A stretch of DNA of 64,000 nucleotides from Acidimicrobiales bacterium (GTDB taxonomy: Bacteria > Actinomycetota > Acidimicrobiia > Acidimicrobiales > Aldehydirespiratoraceae). Where the stretch lies: the NCBI GenBank assembly GCA_040219515.1, contig JAVJSI010000010.1:158557-222556 (forward strand), given 5' to 3'. Positions within the stretch are counted from its first letter, which is position 1; each line of letters starts with the position of its first letter. A program made the translations under genes and the position numbers. The notes below the pieces were generated by a model that made no database searches, was not told where the DNA came from, and worked only from the letters and a program-made list of their open reading frames with translations. This document shows positions 63,298 to 64,000 of this stretch, in pieces.

Positions 63298-64000
63298 ATG
63301 GATGTTCGCGAACACCTTCGGTCGGCCCTGGCGACGGCGTTGACCGTGGTCGGCGTCGACTCGATCCCTCACGAGATCTCGCTCGAGCGACCCGCCAACC
63401 CCGAGCACGGCGACTGGTCGTCCAATGTGGCGCTGGCCACGGCGAAGTCCGCGGGCCGCAACCCACGCGAACTCGGGCAGCAACTGGTCGACCATCTGCG
63501 GGACCGCCCGCCCGCCCATGTCACCGCGATCGAGATCGCCGGGCCCGGCTTCGTCAACTTCCACTTGGCCGACACCTGGCTCCACGACGTGTTGGTCGAC
63601 GTGGTCGAGGCCGGAATCGACGGTTTCGCCCGCCCTGATCTCGGCCAGGGACTCCACGTCAACGTCGAGTTCGTCTCGGCCAACCCGAACAAGCCGCTCC
63701 ACGCCGGACATGGTCGTGGCGCGTGCTACGGCGATTCGATCGCCCGCCTCCGCGAGCGGTGCGGCTATCGCGTCACCCGCGAGTACTACATCAACGATCG
63801 CGGCGTGCAGATGACGAAGTACGCCGAGTCGCTCGCGGCCCGCAAGCGGGGAGAGGAACCCCCCGACGACGGCTACAAGGGCGAGTACCTGATCGAATGG
63901 GCCGCCGAGATGCCGGCCGACGCCGACCCGCTCGAGTGGGGCTACGAGCGGGCGCTGGCCAGCCATCGCGCCACTCTCGAATCGCTCGCCATCCATCACG
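63298..64000 (+). CDS. argS: Arginine--tRNA ligase, 5' partial (runs off the window)
   Basis: Manual translation from the ATG at 63298: MDVREHLRSALATAL…GPGFVNFHL…EFVSANPNKPLHAGHGRGACYGDSIARL… (HIGH-type motif). It is absent from the ORF track because no stop lies in the window. The listed antisense ORF 63166-63999 is its shadow. Confidence 0.9.
   Translation, partial: MDVREHLRSALATALTVVGVDSIPHEISLERPANPEHGDWSSNVALATAKSAGRNPRELGQQLVDHLRDRPPAHVTAIEIAGPGFVNFHLADTWLHDVLVDVVEAGIDGFARPDLGQGLHVNVEFVSANPNKPLHAGHGRGACYGDSIARLRERCGYRVTREYYINDRGVQMTKYAESLAARKRGEEPPDDGYKGEYLIEWAAEMPADADPLEWGYERALASHRATLESLAIHH

Overview
This is a 64 kb, high-GC, densely coding chromosomal segment: about 65 CDS, one tRNA-Arg, and no rRNA, CRISPR array, transposase or integrase. 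The gene content points to Actinomycetota: WhiB, PdtaS, an F420-type FrhB homologue, an Rv2466c-like mycothiol-type oxidoreductase, the SCO1664/DUF3090/MSMEG_4193 triad, class E sortase and an ECF41-like sigma factor. A finer taxonomic call cannot be made from sequence alone.

Main modules, in order:
- (1) A one-carbon neighbourhood with a GMC oxidoreductase, a PabB-PabC fusion, a GcvT-family enzyme and an MFS transporter. It sits next to a five-gene corrinoid methyl-transfer operon (corrinoid protein, DUF1638, small protein, methyl-THF:corrinoid methyltransferase, RACo-like activator). No substrate-specific methyltransferase is visible.
- (2) leuS, followed by an MBOAT plus SGNH-like pair.
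- (3) A complete, translationally coupled System I cytochrome c maturation operon, ccmABCDEFGHI.
- (4) Directly downstream, an unusual fusion protein: TM, YceI, CxxCH cytochrome c, and a PHM/DBH-like copper monooxygenase.
- (5) An Fe-S, redox and signalling block: an ArsR/SufR-like regulator, Mrp/ApbC, DUF3107, pdtaS and whiB.
- (6) etfBA.
- (7) A redox block with a P450, an FrhB-like protein, an FAD oxidoreductase and an ECF sigma factor.

The most interesting hidden signal is in a DsbA-family homologue of Rv2466c. An in-frame TGA sits exactly where the first Cys of the CPWC active site should be, and a bipartite hairpin follows it. This makes it a candidate selenoprotein; the alternative is a pseudogene.

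Other unexplained structure:
- REP-like palindromic units in two convergent spacers.
- A 14-bp-period tandem repeat in the corrinoid/leuS divergent promoter.
- A 17-bp perfect palindrome that forms the entire spacer between two divergent start codons.
- An AT-rich 369-bp convergent spacer with face-to-face terminators and two tandem DnaA-box-like 9-mers.

All functional calls come from reading the translated ORFs and recalled family motifs. No database search was run.
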